Below, in pieces: positions 46,404 through 54,369 of a DNA stretch of 54,369 bases. Origin of the DNA: a virus (taxonomy: Duplodnaviria; Caudoviricetes); IMG/VR virus record IMGVR_UViG_3300033148_002840, positions 1 through 54,369 of that record; one strand, given 5' to 3'. The notes under the pieces are model-generated. The model did no database searches. It was not told the origin of the DNA and was given only the letters and a program-made list of their open reading frames with translations. Numbering within the stretch: position 1 is the stretch's first letter; each line of letters starts with the position of its first letter. Position numbers and translations under genes: made by a program.

Positions 46404-46692
46404 TCTCGGTTGGCTCCTCCTGAATTATACCCTCTCGTAAGAGATAGTAGTAGAACGCTTCCAAGAGACACGATGGCGACCAACTTGCCAGGTGGGGTGC
46501 CGTCAATTCGCAGCCATGTAGCGCCATTGGTTCACCGGAGGCGATCTTTCGTAGGAAGTCTTCCCAGTGTTTGGGCATCTGTGCTCCTCCAAGGTCATCG
46601 ACGTTACTGTTCGTTATGGTACCATTCTGACTACCTAAAATTCTAGGCAACAGTGGCTTAACCCGCATTATGTTATCTCCAGGCATTAGCAA
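46390..46692 (-). CDS. Hypothetical protein (true start probably MPKHW near 46578)
   Basis: GGAGGAG before the internal ATG. Confidence 0.5.
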   Translation of the reverse strand: MLMPGDNIMRVKPLLPRILGSQNGTITNSNVDDLGGAQMPKHWEDFLRKIASGEPMALHGCELTAPHLASWSPSCLLEAFYYYLLREGIIQEEPTESGDP

Positions 46693-46949
46693 GCGGCGTG
46701 CTCCAGGGGCTCATACAGCGTGAGGAAGTCACGTTCCTTGACTATCGAGCGATAGCCATCCTGATCGGCCACAATCCAATCCCCAGGTTGAATTGGAATT
46801 GGCATAACGATATGGTCAACATTATCGGATATGAGTCTGTAGACCGTTCCCGCAAGAGCACTTCGGTCCTCTAAGACACCAGAGATTCCCCTACCAGGCT
46901 GAAACTGTACTGCACTAACTACCTCTCGACTTCGGAACTTGGCCATCAT
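46686..46949 (-). CDS. Conserved phage protein
   Basis: AVQF..IQPGDWIV..F...YEP; AAGGAG RBS. Confidence 0.7.
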   Translation of the reverse strand: MMAKFRSREVVSAVQFQPGRGISGVLEDRSALAGTVYRLISDNVDHIVMPIPIQPGDWIVADQDGYRSIVKERDFLTLYEPLEHAAC

Positions 46950-46968
46950 TAGGCTCCTTTAAGTTCAA

Positions 46969-47382
46969 GGTATCTCCAAGCGCAACGTACTCAATACGTT
47001 CATACTTCTACAACCATAAGATTGTACTTTTCCGTTGGCACTGATGGCTTAAAGTTTGGGTACAACGCCCGCACGTCAAAACAATGCTTGGTAAACTTAA
47101 CTGGGTACTTTTTCAACAGCCACCGAGGAAACCAGCGGTCCTTAAAAGCCTGCCACCAATCAGATGGGTGCGATATAGATAGAGCGTCTACCCGTTCGCC
47201 CCAGACGAACCCACGAACCTGCGCAATGATGTCACCTGCTGCGTGTTCCAGGAAGGTGGCCTCCGTCTCACATAGATAACGATCGAGTCTTTGGCTGAGT
47301 CCAACACAAAATTTCTCCAGGCGGACTGTTCTGAAATCGGAATTCATTATGGTATCTCCAAGCGCAACGCACCTAATACGTT
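46969..47382. repeat. 32-bp imperfect direct repeat (46969-47000 and 47351-47382)
   Basis: 29/32 identical; duplicates the protease 3' end. Confidence 0.9.
47000..47347 (-). CDS. Hypothetical phage protein
   Basis: P.DWWQAFK.RWFP.WLLKKYPV; coupled to neighbours. Confidence 0.75.
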   Translation of the reverse strand: MNSDFRTVRLEKFCVGLSQRLDRYLCETEATFLEHAAGDIIAQVRGFVWGERVDALSISHPSDWWQAFKDRWFPRWLLKKYPVKFTKHCFDVRALYPNFKPSVPTEKYNLMVVEV

Positions 47383-48408
47383 GAGCGCCGTGTTTGCGAT
47401 CGTTATCTGTTCGGAGCCAGCAAACAACAGGCCAACGAGCGTTGCGCGGCCGTGATCGCTACCTATTGTTACGATTGCACTACCGGAATCGCCGCCCTGA
47501 CTCATAGCGCTCAGTAGAATCTGGTCCTCGAAGGTTGCAATCTTTCCACTACCGTAGTTGACCTTGACGGTAGCTCCCGTGTACTGTACGACGCCGGTTG
47601 TGGTTTCCGTGGTGCGACCCCTCTTGTATACTATATCGCCTGGGAACGCGGGTGCAAAGTCATCTATTGGTGACCAGCCCGTTCCAACAAATTCATCGGT
47701 GATATCATCGAGTTTTGTGGGCATTGCATAGGCGGCGTCTACTAGATTTACGTCGCTTCTAATCGAGGTAGCAATGAGACGAGTTTTGCGGCCCGTAGCC
47801 CACAATACGAGATTCATAACCTTGGTAGCAGCCTTAACAACGGGGCATTTATTAGGCTCCTCACTGAATGATATCGGAATGTACCCGTGTAGCGTTCCAA
47901 TTCTACTAAACGCGGCGAAACCACCATCCGCAGGTCCGGGCTGCAAAATGGCGTCCCCGATCTTGGCGGCATTACTATTGGCTAAGACATGGTTATTGGA
48001 GACAATGACGGGGACTTTTGTGCCCCCCGGGCGCGCAACGAATCCGAACGTCCCGGCTGTAATGTCCTTGTGTCCGATACTCACCCCTGGGAATGCCGGT
48101 CGATGTCGCTTCTTGAGATTAACTGCTTTTGGGGACGCGCTGAGCGCCCAAATGTCACCAACTTCGACGACATCCGTTCTATATGGATGCAGTTTAAGTC
48201 CGCACTCCAATGAGACTTGCGTTGGGATCATTGTCTCCGTGGTTAGCGCACTAGGCGGCAGCTTCTTACGTACAAAGAATACTACAGCTTGTATACTGGT
48301 GGGACGACCACCGCGCTTCTTAGTACCCTTGGCGACCCCTACGATATTGGAGTCGGTCAGGAGTTTACGAATGGTGGCGCTTTTTGCGAATTGGGAATCG
48401 GACTTCAT
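47347..48408 (-). CDS. Trypsin-like serine protease (Nal1-like)
   Basis: Catalytic triad SNNHVL, VDAA, GGDSGS; AGTFG, LQPG..DGG, KRGRTT. Confidence 0.88.
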   Translation of the reverse strand: MKSDSQFAKSATIRKLLTDSNIVGVAKGTKKRGGRPTSIQAVVFFVRKKLPPSALTTETMIPTQVSLECGLKLHPYRTDVVEVGDIWALSASPKAVNLKKRHRPAFPGVSIGHKDITAGTFGFVARPGGTKVPVIVSNNHVLANSNAAKIGDAILQPGPADGGFAAFSRIGTLHGYIPISFSEEPNKCPVVKAATKVMNLVLWATGRKTRLIATSIRSDVNLVDAAYAMPTKLDDITDEFVGTGWSPIDDFAPAFPGDIVYKRGRTTETTTGVVQYTGATVKVNYGSGKIATFEDQILLSAMSQGGDSGSAIVTIGSDHGRATLVGLLFAGSEQITIANTALNVLGALRLEIP

Positions 48409-48420
48409 ATCGTGGTCTCC

Positions 48421-48452
48421 TCTAGTGCTCTAGTGCTCTAGTGCTCTAGTGC
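48421..48452. repeat. Tandem repeat (TCTAGTGC)x4
   Basis: Four exact 8-mers abutting the protease RBS. Confidence 0.95.
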
Positions 48453-48533
48453 TATATATGCCTAAGACCTGCCACTCACTGCCATCATCTCTATTACCGC
48501 TCGTTACAGGGTAGACACTCTTGGGTTTAGGCA

Positions 48534-48734
48534 TTAGGCACCGTCCCTTACACGCTGTAGGAGGTCTATCCTGCCAATGGTCTTGCCACACTTCACGCAA
48601 TAGTAAGCATCATGGTATGGCACCGGCTCCAAACGACCACCACAAACTGAAGCCACTGCCCGACACCGAGGAAGATCACCCTCGCCCGCATCCAGGCGAG
48701 CCTGCGCCTCCAAATATGTCATCTTCTTGGCCAT
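48534..48734 (-). CDS. Zn-ribbon protein
   Basis: C....CGG..YYCVKCG; GAGG RBS. Confidence 0.65.
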   Translation of the reverse strand: MAKKMTYLEAQARLDAGEGDLPRCRAVASVCGGRLEPVPYHDAYYCVKCGKTIGRIDLLQRVRDGA

Positions 48735-49005
48735 GAGTTTCCTCGCAGAACTCTTTTGTTTGATTTATGAAGTCTTCCCAATTCTTTCCACATTCTGGGC
48801 ATCCACCAATCGACTGCATATATTTTGTTGAGAAGATCGTCCCGCACATCGCACACTGGACGACGCCTCTCCTGATTCGTGTGGGACTAAAACGAAGGGG
48901 TGCTCCAGATTGCCGTGCATTTAGGTCGATCTCCACGATAATGTCGCTTTGGTACCCTATTTTAGGCTCTAAACCCCAAATTGTCAACGCAAAAAGCGGC
49001 CCCAT
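48676..49005 (-). CDS. Zn-ribbon protein
   Basis: CAMC..CPEC; start uncertain. Confidence 0.55.
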   Translation of the reverse strand: MGPLFALTIWGLEPKIGYQSDIIVEIDLNARQSGAPLRFSPTRIRRGVVQCAMCGTIFSTKYMQSIGGCPECGKNWEDFINQTKEFCEETHGQEDDIFGGAGSPGCGRG

Positions 49006-49106
49006 TTACTCATTAGGAATCAATTACTAATCGGCCAGAATTTAGTATTTTGCTGTTTTTGGCTACTAGTGGGCACTTTTCACTTCAATCGTCACATGGC
49101 CACAAT

Positions 49107-49159
49107 AAAAAACCTGCCCTTGATGCGCGTCACCCTTGTAGGGGAGAGGCGCGGCAGGT
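49107..49159 (-). terminator. Hairpin with U-tract
   Basis: ACCTGCC/GGCAGGT outer stem, TTTTT on the - strand. Confidence 0.5.
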
Positions 49160-49687
49160 GTGTTACTATCTTTATACGGTGCAGAAGGCCCGCGGTCAAC
49201 AGGAATATCGGAAAAAGTCCCAAGTTTTAGTAAAATTCTTGGTGTTTGCCGGTCTGGCCTAAAATTCAGGCCACTTTTTTGTGAAATTTTGGGGGCCCGG
49301 CAAAAAATACAGGGGCGTCGAATGGGGCGAGAGGTGATAAATCTCTACTATCGGCAAAACGTTATGGGCCTGTACCCCCCACCGTTTGTCGCATTATGCA
49401 CCCGATGCACATTGGACACCGCATGTCGGGAACCAGCCCCCGTTGTGCACACCGCACACCCCAGGACAGCCCATGTCGGGAATCTTGCCCACGGTTGGTA
49501 ATCATTCCGACACTGCATGTCGTGTATGGTAGGGGGCCGACGACATCCAACATCCGGCATCTACCCGCCGCCAGGTATCCGGGCGACAAACAGACTCCGA
49601 TATCCACCAGTCGGACCTAACAACTATCTAACTCGTCGATCATAAGTGCCTAGTGGGTAAGGGTTTACAATTATTCTTGAGATTACC

Positions 49688-49716
49688 TTGACAACCGGCG
49701 AATCATGTTGTAGGCT
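49688..49716 (+). promoter_or_regulatory. Sigma70-type early promoter
   Basis: TTGACA-17 nt-TAGGCT at the start of the + strand arm. Confidence 0.75.
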
Positions 49717-49765
49717 TAGAGTGTTCATTGACAACAACATACACTAACGCAAAGGGGTAATGATT

Positions 49766-49864
49766 ATGGACACAGAAGAAGTGACAGTATCCGACGACCT
49801 GGTTGACGAGCTCGGCGATATACTCACGGCGCCAGCCGATCAAAATGACGATAATACGGTGTGA
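49766..49864 (+). CDS. 32-aa acidic peptide, first early gene
   Basis: AAGGGG RBS; MDTEEVTVSDDLVDELGDILTAPADQNDDNTV. Confidence 0.6.
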   Translation: MDTEEVTVSDDLVDELGDILTAPADQNDDNTV

Positions 49865-49880
49865 ACATCCGTTGTGCGGG

Positions 49881-49966
49881 AGTGCCTAGCACCTATCCAC
49901 CAGCTCCAAACGGCCCCGGAGTTGGAGTAGGCGGGCGAAAGACGGGTTCGATTCCTGTCGGGCACT
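49881..49966 (+). ncRNA. Degenerate tRNA-like element
   Basis: T arm ACGGG-TTCGATT-CCTGT; closing stem AGTGCCT/GGGCACT; inner stem CTCCAA/TTGGAG; no D arm. Confidence 0.45.
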
Positions 49967-50025
49967 ATGACGATAAAAAGAACATAAATCCTTATGAGAT
50001 GGGCACTTACGAGCGCTGTAAAAAG

Positions 50026-50085
50026 TGACAGATGTCTGTCAGAATTGTGACAGGAATCTCCCAAAATTATGACGGATTTCCGTCA
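50026..50085. promoter_or_regulatory. Three 16-bp operator/iteron-like sites at 22-bp period
   Basis: TGACAGATGTCTGTCA (50026), TGACAGGAATCTCCCA (50048), TGACGGATTTCCGTCA (50070). Confidence 0.7.
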
Positions 50086-50152
50086 CTTGTAAACCCTTGT
50101 GCGACAGGGGGTTAGGACAGTGTGGAAATGTTTACACAGAGGGGCACGACCA

Positions 50153-50404
50153 ATGATCTATGCAGAGCTATTATCAAAACCCGGCGGTTTGCCAGTAAGG
50201 GGCAGCGAGACCGTTTTCCTAAACATGGCAGAACTGGCCGCAGCCGACGAACGGCAACGACAGTGTGGCAAGTGCTATTCTGGCGCCCTGGCCACCAATA
50301 TTGCCTTAAACCGACACCGACACAACCGTTGCATGTGGTGCGGGGCGAAAGTGGGGAGCGACCACGTTGATTGCCAAGTTGGGCGAATCAGTAACACAGC
50401 CTAG
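50153..50404 (+). CDS. Zn-finger early protein
   Basis: GAGGGG RBS; CGKC and CMWC. Confidence 0.55.
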   Translation: MIYAELLSKPGGLPVRGSETVFLNMAELAAADERQRQCGKCYSGALATNIALNRHRHNRCMWCGAKVGSDHVDCQVGRISNTA

Positions 50405-50460
50405 CCGGATAGACGTAACGCCTGCGCATAGGGTGCAGGCTAACGAATAAGGGGCGAATT

Positions 50461-50778
50461 ATGCAAACATACCACAATCTACAGACACCAATCCCATTAG
50501 GCTACGACGGACCGCTATCTGTGCGCGACGTAAAGCGATGGCTACAGCATGGTCCCACCGCTTGGCCCGGTGGCGACCCACTATTTTTCATAACCAGTGA
50601 TGGCGCCGCCCTAGCGTTTTCGACAGTTCGGGCAGAATGGCCACTAATATGTTCGGCGATTCGAGACAACCGCCCGGACGGTTGGCAGGTAGTAGCTGTC
50701 GCTGTGAATTATGAGGACGGCGCCCTGTTTGATGCGCACACCGAGCAACGTATTGAGTGCGCGTATGGCGCTGACTAA
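50461..50778 (+). CDS. Hypothetical early protein (AWPGG.P motif)
   Basis: AAGGGG RBS. Confidence 0.75.
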   Translation: MQTYHNLQTPIPLGYDGPLSVRDVKRWLQHGPTAWPGGDPLFFITSDGAALAFSTVRAEWPLICSAIRDNRPDGWQVVAVAVNYEDGALFDAHTEQRIECAYGAD

Positions 50779-50794
50779 CATAAGGAGCTGAATT

Positions 50795-51091
50795 ATGAGC
50801 ACGAAACAAAATGCTCTAGCGTATACCATTGTCGACGGCGTGGTGCGGCAGGTTCGCGTCAGCAGCAACGGCAACCTAGTCGATGCCTGCGAGCCCAGCC
50901 GATGCTACGCACTAGCACGATGCCGTCTGCACAGCCAGCCGTGGCCGCCAATATATCCCACCGCAGACGCCGCAGACGCCGTACAGGACGCTGTAATTGC
51001 TGCCTGTACGCATGACTGGCGCGTGCTAAGCCATGAAGAGATAGAATGTCGCATCTGCAAAACAGTGCGGCTCATCCCGGATGTAGATTGA
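50795..51091 (+). CDS. Hypothetical early protein
   Basis: AAGGAG RBS; CTHDW..CRIC. Confidence 0.65.
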   Translation: MSTKQNALAYTIVDGVVRQVRVSSNGNLVDACEPSRCYALARCRLHSQPWPPIYPTADAADAVQDAVIAACTHDWRVLSHEEIECRICKTVRLIPDVD

Positions 51092-51129
51092 CAACATTAA
51101 CCCTAGCCCGGCTAGGCGGAGGATTGCAC

Positions 51130-51333
51130 ATGATAGGAGCTAGACCGATGCGATTAGGAAACACAGCAAGGGCGCGATTGTTGTACTCGGACGGGCGGAT
51201 TGAACACTACACTGACCAGCGGTTATGCCTGGCGGTGTGGTACGCCTTGCCCAAAGGGATACGGGCTGCGTTCCGGGGCGCTGGTGACACCCAGCCCGTT
51301 TACCCTTGGGATTGTGTGGATAGACTCCCGTAA
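51130..51333 (+). CDS. Hypothetical early protein
   Basis: GGAGG RBS. Confidence 0.6.
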   Translation: MIGARPMRLGNTARARLLYSDGRIEHYTDQRLCLAVWYALPKGIRAAFRGAGDTQPVYPWDCVDRLP

Positions 51334-51362
51334 TGGTGCGGGTGTGAATAAGGGGCGAAATA

Positions 51363-51593
51363 ATGATTACACTAGGGTTGATGGTGCGTGACCGGCAGAC
51401 TGGTGAAACCTTCCATATCGGGAATAACCCGCCGAGAAAATGGTTGTTGCGGCACTTTTGCCGACAGCACGCGACTAAAATCTACCGATATACTAAAGAC
51501 GGACGGCGTCGGCACATTGGGTATATCATCGCAGGGCGGTGGTTGGATGTCTTTCGGGTATGCTCATGGAAAGAACCAGAAGGGGTGAAATAA
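51363..51593 (+). CDS. Hypothetical early protein
   Basis: AAGGGG RBS; HIGYIIAGRW. Confidence 0.7.
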   Translation: MITLGLMVRDRQTGETFHIGNNPPRKWLLRHFCRQHATKIYRYTKDGRRRHIGYIIAGRWLDVFRVCSWKEPEGVK

Positions 51594-51778
51594 TGTCGAC
51601 ATTAGGTGACGCTAACGCAGCTAGTGAAGACGCAGTAGGTCTAATGGATTGGTTGGCTGATAACCCAAATGCGTTTACTCCTGTGGATCACCGCAAGGCA
51701 ATTACTGCCCTCTGTCTGGTGTACGACGCCGCAATGGCTATCGTTGATGCGGAGTACAAAGAGCTTGGAGAACAATAA
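51593..51778 (+). CDS. Hypothetical acidic early protein
   Basis: AAGGGG RBS, ATG 51593. Confidence 0.6.
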   Translation: MSTLGDANAASEDAVGLMDWLADNPNAFTPVDHRKAITALCLVYDAAMAIVDAEYKELGEQ

Positions 51779-51779
51779 C

Positions 51780-52157
51780 ATGATAACGTATAGCGAGTTT
51801 CAACCCACTGTGTTCGATTCAAAGGGCGCATTTTTGCCCGATCGACAGGACTGGATAGTAGTGCTGGCCGGTCGCACACGAGACAGCGGGGCGCTAGAGC
51901 AATCTAATTTCGCCACGGCGCTAAAACGGTTGGGGGGTGAATCCAATAGTGTTGAGGTGCATCGGTTTGATCATTGGACGGTTGGTTGGTTAGAGATTAT
52001 TCTCGTTGAGAGGGGATCGGATCAGGTGCACATTGCGGACGCTATTGAGGACGCGCTAGCTGATTACCCTGTGCTTGACGATGACGACTATGCAGACCGC
52101 CAAGCAGAGGAACTTCAGGAGCAATCAGACTATGAAAACTGTCCAACTACATCTTGA
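51780..52157 (+). CDS. Hypothetical acidic early protein
   Basis: GGAG RBS; SNF..HWTVGWLE..LADYPVLDDDDY. Confidence 0.75.
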   Translation: MITYSEFQPTVFDSKGAFLPDRQDWIVVLAGRTRDSGALEQSNFATALKRLGGESNSVEVHRFDHWTVGWLEIILVERGSDQVHIADAIEDALADYPVLDDDDYADRQAEELQEQSDYENCPTTS

Positions 52158-52338
52158 CGAACAAGACACGCTTGACTTGATTGCGGACCTAAAGGGTGCA
52201 CTCAAGCTGGCGAGGCGGAGTGCGGCCCATCGGACGGTCTGGCGACAAGGTAAAGATGGGCGAGTTTTCATGTATGTTGATGTTCCGCTTGTGGATTGTA
52301 TTGATTGCTGTCTAAAGGAGGATTCAAGTTATGGGTAA
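52132..52338 (+). CDS. Hypothetical protein
   Basis: AGGAG RBS, MKTVQL. Confidence 0.6.
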   Translation: MKTVQLHLDEQDTLDLIADLKGALKLARRSAAHRTVWRQGKDGRVFMYVDVPLVDCIDCCLKEDSSYG

Positions 52339-52516
52339 ACAAGAGGATTTCAATCAGGCGGAAAGCATCCTGTTTAACTTTGTCAAGGTGGTGCAAGCCG
52401 CTGGTGGACGTTCCGAGCTAGAAACTGTCTGGCCGGAATTGCTGCCTGTGTACAATGATGCTTTTGGCTTAATGATGGTAGCTGCCATGCAAAAAGATGC
52501 CCAGGAAAAGGCATAG
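52331..52516 (+). CDS. Hypothetical protein
   Basis: AAGGAGG RBS. Confidence 0.65.
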   Translation: MGKQEDFNQAESILFNFVKVVQAAGGRSELETVWPELLPVYNDAFGLMMVAAMQKDAQEKA

Positions 52517-52529
52517 TGTGGTGTTGTCT

Positions 52530-52579
52530 GTCGGGCGGCGCCCCGGTGTAACGCCCCTTGCATCGGGGTTGCTCCCGAC
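52530..52579 (+). other. Long intergenic hairpin
   Basis: GTCGGG..CCCCGGTGTAA/TTGCATCGGGG..CCCGAC. Confidence 0.6.
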
Positions 52580-52618
52580 TGGATGAATTGGAATCTAGGG
52601 GCAAAAGGGGTATAAACT

Positions 52619-52894
52619 ATGGCGATAGAACCGGAACCTTATTTGTGGATGCAGGAGAATGAAGTCAGTGCACAGGCGGAGTGTGGTTGCGAGCTACACT
52701 TTCTCCGGGGTCCAATGGATGCGGCTTATTTCCAGTGCCCGCTGCACGCCGCTGCCCCGGACCTGCTGGCGGCGTGCGAACACTTCGAGGCAGTCTATGG
52801 GCCTGACCGAACATTCTACGAAATGCAACAGACAATGAAGATGATCCATGAGGCCATTGCTAAGGCCAAGGGGGTGAAAGCATGTTCGGAGTAG
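52619..52894 (+). CDS. Hypothetical protein (AAAPDLLAAC..AIAKA type)
   Basis: AAGGGG RBS. Confidence 0.7.
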   Translation: MAIEPEPYLWMQENEVSAQAECGCELHFLRGPMDAAYFQCPLHAAAPDLLAACEHFEAVYGPDRTFYEMQQTMKMIHEAIAKAKGVKACSE

Positions 52895-53088
52895 CAACAA
52901 AGCGGCAGTTAGTGGGGCGAAAGCACGTGGCGAATACGGCGTGGCGTTACTGGACACGGGGGCGCGGGGTGTTGTGTCCCGTCTGTGAACATGAGTTTCC
53001 GGATCGGGCCGGTGCAATGCGTTGCCTAATGAGCCATGATCCGGAGCTACAAGCGATGTTCGGGGAATTGTTGGCTATGAGGAGATAG
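52882..53088 (+). CDS. C2H2-like Zn-finger protein
   Basis: AAGGGGG RBS; CPVC..C...H. Confidence 0.6.
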   Translation: MFGVATKRQLVGRKHVANTAWRYWTRGRGVLCPVCEHEFPDRAGAMRCLMSHDPELQAMFGELLAMRR

Positions 53089-53092
53089 TCGA

Positions 53093-53260
53093 ATGAGTAA
53101 GGAACTACCATTCATTAGAATTGAAGTGCGGGACGGCGTTGCGGAAGTTGTTACTAAGACCGAGGGCGTTGAGTTGGAACTAGCGGACTATGATAGTCAC
53201 CCCGATGTTCTCTCGACTTTTGACGTGTATGACGTTGTTGTTGAGGGCCGCAGCCCATAA
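53093..53260 (+). CDS. 55-aa acidic protein
   Basis: GAGGAG RBS; MSKELPFIRIEVRDGVAEVV..LADYD. Confidence 0.6.
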   Translation: MSKELPFIRIEVRDGVAEVVTKTEGVELELADYDSHPDVLSTFDVYDVVVEGRSP

Positions 53261-53265
53261 CGGTT

Positions 53266-53655
53266 TTGAAAAAATCTCGTTGCCTTTGTGGGTATGGGTG
53301 CCTAAAATTAAGAAACCGCAAGGACCAAAATCGAGATGCGACCATTATCTACAGGAAATCTATGGCCATCGTTAGGCATGATATTCAGACCACGCAGGGT
53401 TGGCGGGTCGTTCGCGCGAGACCCATCGGGCAGAGCTTCTTTGCGTATGTGCCCAAAGAGCGTCGCTACAGAAAACTGCGGTGGGCACTTTCGCACCGGG
53501 GAACGGGGCTATTAGTGGGGCCGTATCTTAGGACACTAAAGGCGTGCCGATTGAAGGTGGCGGCCTTGGAGAAAACCGAGGTGAACTGGATGACGTTGAC
53601 GGCGCCCAAAATTGAGGTCGCTGAGACAACACAACGGGTAATAGACGCGCCCTAA
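53266..53655 (+). CDS. Hypothetical basic protein (start uncertain)
   Basis: WALSHRGTGLLV motif; fills the gap. Confidence 0.55.
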   Translation: MKKSRCLCGYGCLKLRNRKDQNRDATIIYRKSMAIVRHDIQTTQGWRVVRARPIGQSFFAYVPKERRYRKLRWALSHRGTGLLVGPYLRTLKACRLKVAALEKTEVNWMTLTAPKIEVAETTQRVIDAP

Positions 53656-53729
53656 AAGGAGTTAGATATGAGAGCATTGGCGTGTTGATTCTACGGAGTA
53701 GCTTCCAACGGTGAATGGAGAAGGTAGCC

Positions 53730-54369
53730 ATGTATAAGCTTAGATGTCCAGAATGTAAGAAAACAGATAGATTTCAGGTTGAACAACAGCATGATACAGC
53801 GCGTGCGGAATGCGGGTGGTGTGAATATGTATGGTATCCCCGCTGCCTGCAACCCACCAAGCGGGCTTGGAAACGGGGTTATAAAGTTGTGACTCGTCAT
53901 GGAAGCGGCCAACTGACGTCCTTCTTTTCCGGCACAAAAGACACAGTACTATATCATAAGGGCATCGTAGCCCGCCCGAACGAGGGGTATGGAAAGCTCT
54001 CTGTGTTCGATAGCTTTGAACATGCTAACACTTTTAGATTACAGCACTCCTATCGGGAAAAACTAGAGGGGCAGTCGCATGAAATATGGTTGTGTGATTA
54101 CATGGGGGAGGCCATTGCGGGTGCGAAATCAATCCCAATCGGAACCATACGAACGTCTGCGGTGCGTCTCATAGAGCGTAGGTATCCTGCTCCCCCATCC
54201 GTTCCCCCCAATGTGGTTATATATAGGGGGTGGAAGGTCGTTGCGCGCTGTGGAAATGGGGAGAGAGTTTCATTTGTTATGTCGGATGATCAGGAGGTAA
54301 CATACGAGAAAGATGTTTGGTCACGCCGCTTTCCCCGTGGGTCTCACGAGGACCCGCGCCTCTCAGTTT
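53730..54369 (+). CDS. N-terminal part of a ~286-aa hypothetical protein (Zn ribbon plus two repeated domains) spanning the junction
   Basis: GGAGAAGG RBS, ATG 53730, MYKLRCPEC...CGWC; open frame to the end, in frame with MSDDQ at 54279 (= position 24). Confidence 0.85.
   Translation, partial: MYKLRCPECKKTDRFQVEQQHDTARAECGWCEYVWYPRCLQPTKRAWKRGYKVVTRHGSGQLTSFFSGTKDTVLYHKGIVARPNEGYGKLSVFDSFEHANTFRLQHSYREKLEGQSHEIWLCDYMGEAIAGAKSIPIGTIRTSAVRLIERRYPAPPSVPPNVVIYRGWKVVARCGNGERVSFVMSDDQEVTYEKDVWSRRFPRGSHEDPRLSV
54256..54369. repeat. Terminal direct repeat, copy 2 (circular overlap)
   Basis: Identical to 1-114; an ORF continues in frame across it. Confidence 0.97.

Noticed and set aside
47774-48433. 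Long antisense ORFs (also 22231-22815, 25781-26530, 842-1456, 14657-15091)
   Set aside because: Shadows of well-supported genes on the opposite strand, lacking motifs and SD sequences.
48421-48452. CRISPR mini-array
   Set aside because: Contiguous 8-mers with no spacers.

Overview
Apparently complete, circularly permuted genome (~54.3 kb) of a tailed dsDNA phage with podovirus-like organisation. Bases 1-114 recur at 54256-54369 and one ORF reads through the junction. The + strand (about 49.7 kb wrapping to 18.4 kb) carries small early genes, tRNA-Glu, a CsrA homolog, a UDG-PolA fusion, recombination/replication genes and a nucleotide-hydrolase cluster. The - strand (49.0 kb down to 18.4 kb) carries a trypsin-like protease, a GT32/Maf-like/methyltransferase/sulfotransferase cluster, terminase, portal, scaffold, capsid, tail and ejection proteins, and lipoprotein lysis candidates. 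A dockerin-like motif, CsrA and the DUF669 allele suggest a Planctomycetota (Phycisphaerae) host; this is inference. No integrase, primase, endolysin or CRISPR array was recognised. Most notable: (1) a cloverleaf tRNA-like RNA with an 80-nt insert in place of the anticodon loop; (2) a glycan sulfation/methylation cassette beside the packaging genes; (3) CsrA together with region-specific Shine-Dalgarno classes; (4) several single-gene cassettes flanked by direct repeats of gene junctions. All calls come from reading motifs by eye; no searches were run.
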